This document shows, piece by piece, positions 1 through 9,940 of a stretch of 64,000 bases of DNA. The DNA is from Acidimicrobiia bacterium. Lineage in GTDB: Bacteria > Actinomycetota > Acidimicrobiia > Spongiisociales > UBA5794. The translations under genes were made by a program, and so were the position numbers. Below the pieces are notes generated by a model. The model did no database searches and was not told where the DNA came from. It was given only the letters and a program-made list of their open reading frames with translations. The stretch covers positions 17,434 to 81,433 of the forward strand of contig DASWKR010000028.1 in NCBI GenBank assembly GCA_036396535.1, read 5' to 3'. The number at the start of each line of letters is the position of its first letter. Position 1 is the stretch's first letter.

Positions 1-483
1 GCCCCTGCCGGATCCGCCCGGGTGGCCGCCACCCGTCTCCTCGGCTTGCGGACCGGAAAGCAGCTGGATGACCGTCTGGCGCACCTTGTGGAGCTCTGCG
101 CCGAGCTTCTGGAGGACCTGGGCGGCGACGCCTTCGCCCTCGCGGATCAGACCGAGGAGGATGTGCTCGGTGCCGATGTAGTTGTGCCCGAGCTGCAATG
201 CCTCGCGCAGCGACAGCTCCAGGACCTTCTTCGCCCTCGGGGTGAACGGGATGTGGCCGGTGGGCGCTTGCGAGCCCTGGCCGATGGTCTCGACCACCTG
301 GTTGCGCACCGCCTCGAGGTTGATCCCCAGGCTCTCGAGGCCGCGGGCTGCGACGCCCTCTCCCTCGTGGATCAGCCCGAGCAGGATGTGTTCGGTGCCG
401 ATGTAGTTGTGGTTGAGCAGTCGAGCCTCTTCCTGCGCGAGGACGACCACCCGTCTGGCCCTGTCGGTGAACCGTTCAAACAC
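1..483 (-). CDS. clpC: ATP-dependent Clp protease ATP-binding subunit ClpC (N-terminal part; gene runs off window start)
   Basis: Reverse-strand translation from GTG at 481-483 gives MFERFTDRARRVVVLAQEEARLLNHNYIGTEHILLGLIHEGEGVAA... followed by a second HNYIGTEHILLGLIREGEGVAAQVL repeat, the classic duplicated Clp-N domain of ClpC/ClpC1. It is not in the ORF track because no stop lies inside the window. The listed + ORF 22..828 is its antisense. Confidence 0.9.
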   Translation of the reverse strand, partial: MFERFTDRARRVVVLAQEEARLLNHNYIGTEHILLGLIHEGEGVAARGLESLGINLEAVRNQVVETIGQGSQAPTGHIPFTPRAKKVLELSLREALQLGHNYIGTEHILLGLIREGEGVAAQVLQKLGAELHKVRQTVIQLLSGPQAEETGGGHPGGSGRG

Positions 484-686
484 TCGCTCATCACCCCAAG
501 AAAACTGTGGCGCACCGATCCGATCGGGCGCCTTGCGGAGTATAGCCAGGGGTCCTGTCTAGACCTCGTTGTGCCATGTCGGTCCGCATGCCCTTCTCTT
601 TCGGCAGCTTGCACGCCGTTGTGTAGAACAGATCGCAGGCCGCCGGTATGCCATCGGCCCGAACCACGATCCTGCCCCGGTATACC

Positions 687-1688
687 ATGTCCTGCATGGA
701 TGCTCCCATCCTGCGAGACCTCGTTCCCATCGACCGGGTGTGGGACCGGCTCGCCGCCGTCGAGCGGCGCCTCCTCGACGTCACCGAGGCGGACAACCCG
801 TTCCTCACCGAGATCGCGCAGCACCTGATCATCGCAGGGGGCAAGAGATACCGGCCGCTGCTCGCCCAAGTCGCCGGCGAGCTCGGCCCGTCGGACGGCG
901 ACGGCCCGGTCGAGGCAGGCGTCGCCGTCGAGCTGGTCCACGCCGGATCTCTCTACCACGACGACGTCATCGACAACGCCGCCACCCGCCACGGCGTCGC
1001 CTCGGTCAATGCCAAATGGGACAACACCGCGGCGATCCTCGGTGGCGACTTCCTGCTGGCGAGGGCATCCGAGGTGGCGGCTCCTCTCGGCGAGGAGGCG
1101 GTGGCTCTCATCGCCAACACATACGCCGTCCTCTGCGAGGGCCAGGTGCTCGAGCTCCAGCTCGAGGGGAGCGTCGACCACGGCCCCGAGGATTACTACC
1201 GGGTCATCGAGGGCAAGACCGCCAGCCTCATCAGAACGTCGGCGAGGCTCGGTGCGCTCACCGCCGACGCCGACCGGGACGCCGTCGAGGCGATCAGCGC
1301 CTGGGCGTGGGAGATGGGGGTCGTCTTCCAGCTGGCGGACGACGTCCTCGACATCGTGGCGGACGCCGAGTTCCTCGGTAAGCCCGCCGGGTCCGACATC
1401 GTCGAAGGCACCTTCACGCTCCCCGTGCTCCACGCCATGGCGGGAGCTTCGGGGCGCGAGATTCGATCGCTCCTCATGGGAGGCGGCCCGTACGAGCCGG
1501 TGGCTGTGGAGCGGGTGATCCGTCTCGTCGTCTCCGGCGGGCACGTCGACGTGGTCTTGGACGAAGCGACCGACAGGCTGAGACGAGCTGAGGATGCGAT
1601 CCGTGGTCTCGAAGATCGCCGCCTCGTCGCAGTGCTCCACACCCTCGACCGATATCTCCTCGACCGGGTCGACCTGGCGAGGACGTGA
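687..1688 (+). CDS. polyprenyl diphosphate synthase (trans-isoprenyl diphosphate synthase, HepT/GrcC/IspB-like)
   Basis: Both aspartate-rich motifs are present, LYHDDVIDNA and FQLADDVLD, with an overall polyprenyl_synt fold. The start could be ATG 687 or 696. Confidence 0.85.
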   Translation: MSCMDAPILRDLVPIDRVWDRLAAVERRLLDVTEADNPFLTEIAQHLIIAGGKRYRPLLAQVAGELGPSDGDGPVEAGVAVELVHAGSLYHDDVIDNAATRHGVASVNAKWDNTAAILGGDFLLARASEVAAPLGEEAVALIANTYAVLCEGQVLELQLEGSVDHGPEDYYRVIEGKTASLIRTSARLGALTADADRDAVEAISAWAWEMGVVFQLADDVLDIVADAEFLGKPAGSDIVEGTFTLPVLHAMAGASGREIRSLLMGGGPYEPVAVERVIRLVVSGGHVDVVLDEATDRLRRAEDAIRGLEDRRLVAVLHTLDRYLLDRVDLART

Positions 1689-1740
1689 CCGGAGAGCCCG
1701 GTCTCGCGTCGAACGAGGCGACGACGCGCCCCGTCCGGGG

Positions 1741-3246
1741 TCAGGCCTCGGGTCGCAGCAGCGGGAAGAGGATCACGTCCCGGATGTGGTGCTGATCGGT
1801 GAGCAGCATCACGAGCCGGTCGACGCCTATACCGAGCCCTCCGGTCGGCGGCATCCCATGCTCGAGGGCGAGGAGGTAGTCCTCGTCGACGGGGTGAGCC
1901 TCGGCGTCGCCCGCCCGGCGCAACATCGCCTGCGCTTCGAAGCGTCGGCGCTGGTCGAGGGGATCGTTCAGCTCCGAGAAGGCGTTGGCGTACTCGCTCC
2001 CGGCGATGAAGAGCTCCCATCTCTCGGTGAGGTTCGGGTCGTGGCGGTGCTCCCGGGCCAGAGGGGAGACCTCCTTCGGATGGTCCATCACGTACGTCGG
2101 CTGAACGAGGTCGTCGGCGACGAGCTCGTCGAAGAGAGCCTCGATGAGCTTGCCGTGCCCCCAATGCGCCTGCGGCTCGATACCGTGGCTCGTCGCCAGG
2201 CTGCGCACCTCGTCGAGGGGCGCCTCGAACGACACCGGGACGCCGACCCTCTCGGCCACCACGTCGGCCATGCGCACCCGTCGGTACGGCGGGGAGAGGT
2301 CGATCGCCTCGCCCTGGTACGTGATGGCGGTCGAGCCTGTCACGCTCTCGGCGATGGCCGCGAAGATCTGCTCGACCATCACGGCGACGTCGCCGTAATC
2401 GGCATACGCCTCGTACGACTCGAGCATCGTGAACTCCGGGTTGTGGGTCGAGTCGATCCCTTCGTTGCGGAAGATCCGGCCGATCTCGAACACCTTCTCG
2501 ATGCCCCCGACGATGAGGCGCTTCAGGTAGAGCTCGGTTGCTATCCGCAGGTATATGTCCATGTCGAGGGCGTTGTGGTGGGTGGCGAAAGGCTCGGCCA
2601 GCGCTCCGGTCGCCAGCGGCGTGAGCACCGGGGTCTCCACCTCGACGTAGCCGCGACCCTCGAACTCCCGGCGCAGCCCGGACACGATGGCTGCCCGCGC
2701 CAACGCCACATTGCGCGACTCCTCGTTGACGATGAGGTCCAGATAGCGCCTCCGGCTCCGCAGCTCGATGTCGGCGAGGCCGTGGTACTTGTCCGGCATG
2801 GGTCGCAAGCTCTTCTGGAGCAGCGTGAAGTCCTTCACCCTCACCGAGAGCTCGCCCTTCTTGGTCGTGACCACCTCGCCGCTCGCCCCCACCCAGTCAC
2901 CCAGGTCGAGCTCGGCGAAGGCCGGGAAATCGTCGAGCTCGGACTCGTCCGCCAGGAGCTGGATGCGACCCATGCCGTCCTGAAGGGTGGCGAAGACGAG
3001 CCTCCCGAACGACCGCAGCAGCACGAGGCGTCCCGCAACCGTGGCGGTGACCCCCGTCGCCTCCGCCGGGCCCAGCCCTGCGAACCGCTCGTGGAGCCCG
3101 GCGGCCGTCGCCGTCCGCTCGAAGCGGTACGGGTACGCCGACGCTGCCCGCTGGTGCTTCTCGAGCCTCCCGGCGGTGAGCGGATGATCGGCCAGCCCGA
3201 CCGTCTCGTCGACGACGCTGTCGTTCGTCTGTGGCGTGTCGCTCAT
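1741..3246 (-). CDS. lysS: lysine--tRNA ligase (class II)
   Basis: MSDTPQTNDS... with class II motifs (FRNEGIDSTHNPEFTMLE, GGLGIGVDRLVMLL). The real start is an internal ATG at 3244-3246 of the 782-aa ORF; the upstream in-frame extension is Arg-rich junk. A 4-nt ATGA overlap with coaX. Confidence 0.93.
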   Translation of the reverse strand: MSDTPQTNDSVVDETVGLADHPLTAGRLEKHQRAASAYPYRFERTATAAGLHERFAGLGPAEATGVTATVAGRLVLLRSFGRLVFATLQDGMGRIQLLADESELDDFPAFAELDLGDWVGASGEVVTTKKGELSVRVKDFTLLQKSLRPMPDKYHGLADIELRSRRRYLDLIVNEESRNVALARAAIVSGLRREFEGRGYVEVETPVLTPLATGALAEPFATHHNALDMDIYLRIATELYLKRLIVGGIEKVFEIGRIFRNEGIDSTHNPEFTMLESYEAYADYGDVAVMVEQIFAAIAESVTGSTAITYQGEAIDLSPPYRRVRMADVVAERVGVPVSFEAPLDEVRSLATSHGIEPQAHWGHGKLIEALFDELVADDLVQPTYVMDHPKEVSPLAREHRHDPNLTERWELFIAGSEYANAFSELNDPLDQRRRFEAQAMLRRAGDAEAHPVDEDYLLALEHGMPPTGGLGIGVDRLVMLLTDQHHIRDVILFPLLRPEA

Positions 3247-4016
3247 CCCTCGTCCACATTGCGCTCGTAGATCATTCGCAAGCCGTCGAGCGTGAGGAAC
3301 TCGTCGATGACCTCGACGGTGCGGCAATGGGGGACGATGGTAGATGCAAGCCCTCCGGTGGCGACTCTCGCCGGCTCTCCCCCCACCTCGGCGACGAGCC
3401 GCTCGAGGATCCCGTCGACGAGGCCGGCGTGCCCGTAGAGGGCTCCCGATTGGATCGCCTCCACGGTGCCTTTGCCGATGGCGGCGCGCGGGGGCACGAA
3501 TTCGACGTTGCGTAGCGCCGCAGCCCCCGAGATGAGCGCGTTGGTCGAGATCTCGAGCCCCGGGGCGATCGACCCGCCGAGGTACTCGCCTCCGGGGCCG
3601 ACGACGTCGAAGTTCGTCGACGTCCCGAAGTCGACGACGATCACCGGCGCCCCGTACCTCTCCCTGCCTGCCACGGCGTTGACCACTCTGTCGGCGCCGA
3701 CTTCCCGAGGGTTGTCGATCAGGATCGGCATTCCCGTCTTGGTGCCCGGCTCGACGACGACGACCGGACCGCTCGTCAGCTTCGATGCCACCATGCGGAA
3801 CGTGCCTGTGATCTTGGGGACGACGCTCGACACCGCCACGCCGGTGACGTCGGACGGGTCGAACCCCTCGAGCTCGAGGAGCCCGGTGAGCCAGAGGCGA
3901 AGCTCGTCCGCCGTCCTGTCGGCGATGGTCGTGAGCCGCCAGTGCCCGACCAGGCTGTCGACGTCGTAGAGGCCGAGAGCGGTCTGGGTGTTGCCGATGT
4001 CGAGCGCCAGGAGCAT
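3243..4016 (-). CDS. coaX: type III pantothenate kinase
   Basis: MLLALDIGNTQTALGLYD... Bvg accessory factor/CoaX family with ASKHA-fold motifs (DIGNT, VVDFGTSTNFD). Confidence 0.92.
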   Translation of the reverse strand: MLLALDIGNTQTALGLYDVDSLVGHWRLTTIADRTADELRLWLTGLLELEGFDPSDVTGVAVSSVVPKITGTFRMVASKLTSGPVVVVEPGTKTGMPILIDNPREVGADRVVNAVAGRERYGAPVIVVDFGTSTNFDVVGPGGEYLGGSIAPGLEISTNALISGAAALRNVEFVPPRAAIGKGTVEAIQSGALYGHAGLVDGILERLVAEVGGEPARVATGGLASTIVPHCRTVEVIDEFLTLDGLRMIYERNVDEG

Positions 4017-4912
4017 CAGGTGGTCTCCTCGAGAACGGACGGCCGGTCGAGCACGACCCCGCGATCGGCCGTGAAGCCGCCGCCGGCACGCTCGAGATGG
4101 ATGTTGTCGATGAGCGTCGTCGGGCCGACGTGAACCGCCGTGGCGAGAAAGGCGTCGCGATCGAGCGTTTCGATGCGGGAGCAGTCTGCGGTGGCGGCGA
4201 GGGTGACGTAGTCGAGGCGCAGCTCGGGCTCGGGGCCGATCTCCGACGCGACCAGGTCTTCCAGGACCGCCCCGCGACGCTCTCCCGATTCGGCTGCGTC
4301 GGCGGCAGCCATGAGGCCGCGGCCGATCGCCGACGCCGCTTCCCGCTGCGCAGTCGAGAGGAAGATGTTGCGCGACGACAGCGCGACCCCCCCGGCGTCG
4401 CGGATCGTCGGGCTGCCGACCACCTCGACGGGGAGCGAGAGGTCTGCGGCGAGACGCCTCACGATGGCGAGCTGCTGGGCGTCCTTCTTGCCGAACACGG
4501 CGACGTCCGGCTGGATGCCCGCCAGCAGCTTGGCGACGGCCATCGCCACCCCTGCGAAATGACCAGGGCGCCGTGAGCCCTCCATGGCGTCGGCCATCGA
4601 CCCGACGTCGATCGTGACGACGGGGCGCTCCGGGTACATGTCGTCGACGTCGGGGGCGAAGAGCACGTCGACGCCGGCGGCGGCGGCGAGCTCGACGTCA
4701 CGCTCGACGTCCCGTGGATAGTGGGCGAGGTCCTCGTTCGGGCCGAACTGAAGCGGGTTGACGAACAGGCTCATCACGACCCGGTCGGCGAGGGTTCCAG
4801 CCCGTTTCACGAGCGACAGGTGACCCTCGTGGAGGTAGCCCATCGTCGGGACGAGCCCGACGACGCCTCGGTTGCCGTCTCTGACTTCCCGAAAGCTCGT
4901 GACGACCTCCAT
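4016..4912 (-). CDS. panC: pantoate--beta-alanine ligase
   Basis: MEVVTSFREV...VPTMGYLHEGHLSLV (HIGH-type motif) ...FGKKDAQQL. The start is the internal ATG at residue 147 of the listed 444-aa ORF; the upstream part is Arg/Gly-rich antisense-like sequence. Confidence 0.9.
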   Translation of the reverse strand: MEVVTSFREVRDGNRGVVGLVPTMGYLHEGHLSLVKRAGTLADRVVMSLFVNPLQFGPNEDLAHYPRDVERDVELAAAAGVDVLFAPDVDDMYPERPVVTIDVGSMADAMEGSRRPGHFAGVAMAVAKLLAGIQPDVAVFGKKDAQQLAIVRRLAADLSLPVEVVGSPTIRDAGGVALSSRNIFLSTAQREAASAIGRGLMAAADAAESGERRGAVLEDLVASEIGPEPELRLDYVTLAATADCSRIETLDRDAFLATAVHVGPTTLIDNIHLERAGGGFTADRGVVLDRPSVLEETT

Positions 4913-5742
4913 CAGTCCGACTCCCAGAAGCGAAGCATCTCGTCGAACTGGTCTGATCGGCCGGTCAGCCTTGCGAGCTCCCTCACAACGACGACGAAGG
5001 CCGGCAGCCACGACGGGTCCGCGGCATGGATGGCGTCGAGTTGAGTGGCGACGGTCGCAACGTCGCCTCGGGCGACCGGACCCGTGAGCGCCGGCCGCGG
5101 GCCGATCTCGAAGGCGTTGCTCACAGCCGCCTCCACGAGCGGGCGGGCGGCCGCGAACGGCACACCCGCCCCGTCGAAGAGGTCTGAAGCCATCGCCAAC
5201 GCCGCCAGCGGGAAGTTGGCGGCTGCGGACGCAGCCGCGTGGTAGAGCGGCTTGCGGGCGTCCTCGAGGTCGAACGGGGCGGCGCCGAGCGAGACGGCGA
5301 AACCGTGCAGCTCGGAGCGGAGCGGCTCGACCGCGGTGACCGCGATCCACGCCCCCCCGAGGCGGGCCGCCCCCGCCTCAGGCGTCGGCAACGTCTGGAG
5401 CGGGTGGAACGAGCCGACCCGGAGCCCGGCGGCGGCAAGCGGGTCGAGAGCGGAGACCGGAGTGAGCCCAGAGACGTGCACTGCGGCCGCTACGGAGGAG
5501 GCGTGCTGCGCGATCTGCGCCGCCACGGCGGCGATCGCCTCGTCACGGGTGGCGATCAGAAGCAGGTCGCTCGGTGGGAGATCGTCGGCCGTGGTGAGGG
5601 CGGCGCCTCCCACGAGGGCTACGCCCGCCTCTGCGCCCGCCTGGTCGCGACCGACGACGGCGGTGATGTCGTGGCCCGCGGCGCCGGCCGCCAGCGTCAG
5701 CGAGAGCCCTGCCCGCCCTGGCCCGACGAGAACGATGCGCAT
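4912..5742 (-). CDS. Rossmann-fold NAD(P)-binding protein, DUF2520-type (ketopantoate-reductase-like), conserved upstream of panC in actinobacteria
   Basis: MRIVLVGPGRAGLSL GxGxxG motif. It holds the same operon position as the mycobacterial panC-upstream gene. The stop overlaps the panC start. Confidence 0.7.
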   Translation of the reverse strand: MRIVLVGPGRAGLSLTLAAGAAGHDITAVVGRDQAGAEAGVALVGGAALTTADDLPPSDLLLIATRDEAIAAVAAQIAQHASSVAAAVHVSGLTPVSALDPLAAAGLRVGSFHPLQTLPTPEAGAARLGGAWIAVTAVEPLRSELHGFAVSLGAAPFDLEDARKPLYHAAASAAANFPLAALAMASDLFDGAGVPFAAARPLVEAAVSNAFEIGPRPALTGPVARGDVATVATQLDAIHAADPSWLPAFVVVVRELARLTGRSDQFDEMLRFWESD

Positions 5743-5818
5743 CTGGCTTCAGTCCCTTCTGGGTACCGGTACCGGTCGCCCGAGTGTAGGTGCTGCGGCT
5801 CCCCGACTCGGAGGCGCC

Positions 5819-6388
5819 TCAGAGGATCCAATCGATGATCCACCAGATCAAGAGGGACATGAGCAGCGTCGCCCCGGCGACCATGGGAGGAGCAACGAGC
5901 CATCCGGCGCGCCGCAGCCTGCGGACGTCCTGGTGGGAAACCGAGGGGAGGAGGCCGGCGGCCGGAGTTCCGTCGGGCAGGGCGGCGTCCGGCCACGCCT
6001 CCAGCAGCGGCTCGAGAACGAAACGGCGATCCGCCATCCTCGGGTGGGGGATGGTCAGGCCGGCGACGTCGACCTGGTCGCGGTCGTACAACAGCACGTC
6101 GAGATCGAGGGTCCTGGGCCCCCACCGTTCCCTGCGCTCCCTGCCCCTCGACCGCTCGATCTCCCTGAGCCGGGCCAGGAGATCGATCGGCGCCAGCTCC
6201 GTCTCGAGCACCACCACGGCGTTGAGGTACGGTCCCTGCTCGGGGCCACCGACCGGCGCCGTCTCGTAGATGCCGGACCTCGAGGCCACCCGGCCGATCG
6301 CACCGAGGGCCTTGAGCGCAGCTTCGAGGTGGGCTCGCCTGTCCCCGAGGTTGGAACCGAGCCCGATGGCGGCCCGGTGGAGGGTCAC
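5819..6388 (-). CDS. folK: 2-amino-4-hydroxy-6-hydroxymethyldihydropteridine pyrophosphokinase (HPPK) with a short C-terminal hydrophobic extension
   Basis: VTLHRAAIGLGSNLGDR...IYETAPVGGPEQGPYLNAVV...WGPRTLDLDVLLYD are HPPK signatures. The start is a GTG near 6386-6388; the upstream 160 aa of the listed 352-aa ORF are Arg-rich junk. The C-terminus WLVAPPMVAGATLLMSLLIWWIIDWIL is a TM-like tail. Confidence 0.8.
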   Translation of the reverse strand: MTLHRAAIGLGSNLGDRRAHLEAALKALGAIGRVASRSGIYETAPVGGPEQGPYLNAVVVLETELAPIDLLARLREIERSRGRERRERWGPRTLDLDVLLYDRDQVDVAGLTIPHPRMADRRFVLEPLLEAWPDAALPDGTPAAGLLPSVSHQDVRRLRRAGWLVAPPMVAGATLLMSLLIWWIIDWIL

Positions 6389-6432
6389 GGTCGGGCCAGA
6401 CCGGCCGGTATGGGAGCCTCGTCGTCCATCCG

Positions 6433-6906
6433 CTAGCTCCTCACCGGGATGAGCCGCCTGCCCTCGGGGCCGAGCGGCCGGCCCGTGATCTCCTGGATGA
6501 TGGTCGTGGCGATGATCGGGTCCTTGATGAGCCCGGCATGGACCAGGTAGCCGCCGAGGAGCCCGACGAGGGTGTCGTCGATGAGGTCGCGATGGACGAG
6601 CACCGAAGCTCCCTCCACGTCGAGCGCCTCGTCGAAGGCGTCGAACACCGCGGCGACGTCGCCTGGCTCGAGCTCTCCATCGATCGGCCTGTGAAGGAAA
6701 CGGAACCCTGCCGCCTCGTACGCAGCTTGGTTCTGGTTGCCGGGGAGGAAGGACAGCACGGTGTTGATGCCGCGACCGGACAGCCAGGCGATCTCCTCCT
6801 CTCGCCTGACCCTCCTGTGTTGGAACCCGTAGCCACCGATGCGCTCGGATACGGCCAAGCGCCCGGCGATGACCCACGTGAACCCTCGCGGCTCAAGACC
6901 AGCCAC
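6433..6906 (-). CDS. hypothetical protein with dual-specificity-phosphatase-like topology but lacking the CX5R active site, sitting in the folB position of the fol operon
   Basis: GINTVLSFLP...FLHRPIDGELEPGD...ASVLVHRDLIDDTLVG matches DSP-fold element order (general-acid loop PIDGE about 25 aa before the VLVH P-loop position), but the P-loop reads HRDLIDDT instead of HCxxGxxR. It lies 10 nt after folP and 45 nt before folK. Confidence 0.55.
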   Translation of the reverse strand: MAGLEPRGFTWVIAGRLAVSERIGGYGFQHRRVRREEEIAWLSGRGINTVLSFLPGNQNQAAYEAAGFRFLHRPIDGELEPGDVAAVFDAFDEALDVEGASVLVHRDLIDDTLVGLLGGYLVHAGLIKDPIIATTIIQEITGRPLGPEGRRLIPVRS

Positions 6907-6915
6907 GCCAGCCTC

Positions 6916-7815
6916 TCATGATTCGGGGACCCGTCGCCTGACCCTGGGAGGTTGCCGGCTCCCAGCCTCAGAAGAGTGCCTCACGATAGCGTCGGCGACG
7001 CGGGCGACCTGTAGCGTCCCTGCCACGTCGTGCACCCGAACGACGGCGACCCCCGAGGCGATGGCGAGTGTCGTGGTCGCCGCCGTTGCGGTGTCCCGCC
7101 CAGCGGCTTCGATACGGTGCCCTGCCGACTCGAGGATGGCGCCGAGGAACGCCTTCCTCGACGCCCCGAGGAGCACCGGGTAGCCCAGATCGACGAGGGA
7201 TGGGAGATGCCCGAGCAGCACCAGGTTGTGCTCCAGCGTCTTGCCGAACCCGATGCCGGGATCGAGGCAGATCTGGTCGCGGCCGACCCCGGCCGCCTCG
7301 GCGGCCGTGGCCCTCTCCACCAGGAACTCGCCGACCTCGGCGACTACGTCGCGGTACGCCGGCGCATCCTGCATCGTCCCCGGGGTGCCTTGCATGTGCA
7401 TGAGCACCACCGCGGCGCCGGCGGAGCGGCACACCTCGGCCATCCCGTCGGTGCCGAGAGCCGTCACGTCGTTCACGATCTGCGCCCCAGCCTCGAGCGC
7501 CGCCGCGGCGACCTCCGGTTTCCTGGTGTCCACCGAGACGATGACACCGCTCTCCGCCAGGGCGGCGACGACGGGCACGACCCTGGAGATCTCGTCGCCG
7601 ACCGACACGGGGTCGGCGTACGGCCTCGTCGACTCGCCGCCGACGTCGACGACGTCGGCACCCTCGTCCGCCAGACGCAACCCTTTGGCGACGGCGGCGT
7701 CGGTGTCGAAACTGAGCCCGCCATCGGAGAAGGAGTCGGGCGTCACGTTGAGGACGCCCATGACGAGGGTGTGGTCGCCCGTGTCGAGCGTCGTATCGCG
7801 GAGCCGCCACTCCAC
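6916..7815 (-). CDS. folP: dihydropteroate synthase
   Basis: VMGVLNVTPDSFSDGG...VVDVGGESTRP...DPGIGFGKT...GASRKAFLG are Pterin_bind/DHPS motifs. The start is ambiguous (GTG near 7815 or ATG 7761); the listed ORF start 7896 would overlap ftsH by 60 nt. Confidence 0.85.
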   Translation of the reverse strand: MEWRLRDTTLDTGDHTLVMGVLNVTPDSFSDGGLSFDTDAAVAKGLRLADEGADVVDVGGESTRPYADPVSVGDEISRVVPVVAALAESGVIVSVDTRKPEVAAAALEAGAQIVNDVTALGTDGMAEVCRSAGAAVVLMHMQGTPGTMQDAPAYRDVVAEVGEFLVERATAAEAAGVGRDQICLDPGIGFGKTLEHNLVLLGHLPSLVDLGYPVLLGASRKAFLGAILESAGHRIEAAGRDTATAATTTLAIASGVAVVRVHDVAGTLQVARVADAIVRHSSEAGSRQPPRVRRRVPES

Positions 7816-7834
7816 GGGGCGCACGCCGGGGCCG

Positions 7835-9754
7835 TCAGTTCTTGGACTCGTCGCCGGTACGGGCGGCGACCATCCCGGACTCGCGAACGCTGCCACCCTG
7901 CGGCATCTGGATCCGCAGCGAGCCGACTTCCGTGTGCTCCCACTTCGGTACGTCGTGGAGGATCTCGGTCAGCTCGGATGCGTCGACCGTCTCCTTGTCC
8001 ATGAGCACCTCGGCGAGCCGGTGAAGCGCCTGCTCGTGAGTGATGAGTATCTCCCGCGCCTCGTTGTGGGCTTGCGTGATGAGGAAGCGGATCTCCTCGT
8101 CGATGGCGGCGGCCACCTCGTCCGAGAGATCCGAAGAGCGCGAGTAGTCCCTGCCGAGGAAGACCTCCGCCTCGGGCCTGCCGTACTGGAGCGGACCGAG
8201 CTTCTCGCTCATGCCCCACTCCATGACCATCCGCCGGGCCAGGTTCGTCGCCTTCTCGATGTCGTTCGACGCACCCGTCGTCGGGTCGATGAAGATGATC
8301 TCCTCGGCGGTGCGGCCGCCGAGGAGCATCGCCAGCTGGTCGACCAGCTCGCTGCGCCGCATGTAGTTCTTGTCCTCCGTCGGGAGCGCCATCGTGTAGC
8401 CGCCGGACCGGCCCCTCGGGATGATGGTGACCTTGTGGATCGGGTCGGAGTGTGGCAGGGCGAACCCGACGACGGCGTGGCCGCCCTCGTGGTAGGCGGT
8501 GATCTTCTTCTCCTCGTCGGACATGACCCGGCTCTTGCGCTCCGGGCCGGCGATCACCCGCTCGATGGCCTCTTCCAGCTCTGACAGCGTGATCTCTTCC
8601 CGGTTGCGCCTCGCCGCCAGCAGCGCCGCCTCGTTGATGAGGTTGGCGAGGTCGGCACCCGTGAACCCGGGCGTCTGCCTGGCGAGGACCTTGATGTCGA
8701 CGTTCGAGGCGATCGGCTTCCCCTTGGCGTGGACCGTGAGGATCTCCTCGCGCCCCCGCAGGTCGGGCCGGTCGACAACGATCTGCCTGTCGAACCTCCC
8801 CGGCCGCAGCAGTGCCGGGTCGAGGATGTCCGGCCGGTTCGTGGCCGCGATGACGATGACGCCCGTCTTCACGTCGAACCCGTCCAGCTCGACCAGCAAC
8901 TGGTTGAGCGTCTGCTCACGCTCGTCGTGGCCTCCGCCGAGGCCGGCGCCGCGGTGCCGCCCGACGGCGTCGATCTCGTCTATGAAGACGATCGCCGGCG
9001 CATTCGTCTTGGCCTGCTCGAAGAGGTCACGGACCCTGCTGGCGCCGACTCCCACGAACATCTCGACGAAGTCCGAGCCGGAGATGGAGAAGAAGGGCAC
9101 GCCGGCTTCCCCGGAGACGGCCCTCGCCAACAGGGTCTTGCCGGTGCCCGGCGGGCCGAACAGGAGGACGCCTTTCGGGATCTTGGCGCCCATCGAGCGG
9201 AACTTGCCCGGACTGGTCAGGAACTCCTTGATCTCCTCGAGCTCCTCGACGGCCTCGTCCGAACCTGCGACGTCACTGAACGTCACCTTCGGCTGATCCT
9301 TCGAGACCTGCTTGGCCTTCGCCTTGCCGAACTGCATCACGCGGTTCCCGCCGCCCTGGAGCTGCATCATGATGAAGATGAAGATCCCGAACAGCAGGAT
9401 GTACGGGAACAGCGTCGTCAGGAACCACTGCAGGGCGGACGGGTTCTCGGGGTCCGGGTCGAGGTCGACGTCGGCGTCGAGGATCTCCTGCGTGAGCGTC
9501 CCCTCGAACTCGTTCGGGTACTGCACCTTGAACGTCGTCGAGCCCGAGACCGGCTCGACGAACTCGCCGACCAGCTCGTCAGACTTCGTCTTCATCGAGA
9601 CCGTGGCGACGTTGCCGTCCTCGAGCTCCCTCTCGAAGTCGTTGAGCGACAACTCCGACGGATCGACGGCGCCGGGCGTGAACAGGCTCACGAGCGCGAA
9701 AATGCCGAGCGCCACTACGAAGTAGACGAGCACGGTGCGTGCTGTACGGCTCAC
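7835..9754 (-). CDS. ftsH: ATP-dependent zinc metalloprotease FtsH
   Basis: Two N-terminal TM segments, AAA Walker [14 protein letters not shown], an SRH region, and the HEGGHA zinc-binding motif. Confidence 0.97.
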   Translation of the reverse strand: MSRTARTVLVYFVVALGIFALVSLFTPGAVDPSELSLNDFERELEDGNVATVSMKTKSDELVGEFVEPVSGSTTFKVQYPNEFEGTLTQEILDADVDLDPDPENPSALQWFLTTLFPYILLFGIFIFIMMQLQGGGNRVMQFGKAKAKQVSKDQPKVTFSDVAGSDEAVEELEEIKEFLTSPGKFRSMGAKIPKGVLLFGPPGTGKTLLARAVSGEAGVPFFSISGSDFVEMFVGVGASRVRDLFEQAKTNAPAIVFIDEIDAVGRHRGAGLGGGHDEREQTLNQLLVELDGFDVKTGVIVIAATNRPDILDPALLRPGRFDRQIVVDRPDLRGREEILTVHAKGKPIASNVDIKVLARQTPGFTGADLANLINEAALLAARRNREEITLSELEEAIERVIAGPERKSRVMSDEEKKITAYHEGGHAVVGFALPHSDPIHKVTIIPRGRSGGYTMALPTEDKNYMRRSELVDQLAMLLGGRTAEEIIFIDPTTGASNDIEKATNLARRMVMEWGMSEKLGPLQYGRPEAEVFLGRDYSRSSDLSDEVAAAIDEEIRFLITQAHNEAREILITHEQALHRLAEVLMDKETVDASELTEILHDVPKWEHTEVGSLRIQMPQGGSVRESGMVAARTGDESKN

Positions 9755-9940
9755 GCTGCTCCTTGTCGGCGTCGTGGGTCGGCTTGCTTAGACGTTTTGG
9801 ATGCCCCATCTTATGTCGTCCGACTTGCTAACCGACCGGAACCGGGCCGGTCGCACCAGGTTCGCCGACCGGCGCACGATGCCGCTCGGCCCGACCGCGA
9901 AGGGCGCCACCGGGTCCCGGACGGCCCGGGCGGGCGGGCG

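Noticed and set aside
22-828. 268-aa + ORF at the window start
   Set aside because: It is the antisense frame of the clpC N-terminal repeats; the reverse strand gives a textbook ClpC sequence.
372-1640. 422-aa minus-strand ORF overlapping the polyprenyl synthase gene
   Set aside because: Arg/Gly/Asp-rich low-complexity translation typical of an antisense frame in high-GC DNA. The plus strand has both DDxxD motifs.
5252-6436. 394-aa + ORF across folK and the Rossmann gene
   Set aside because: Antisense, low-complexity Ala/Arg/Ser-rich frame.
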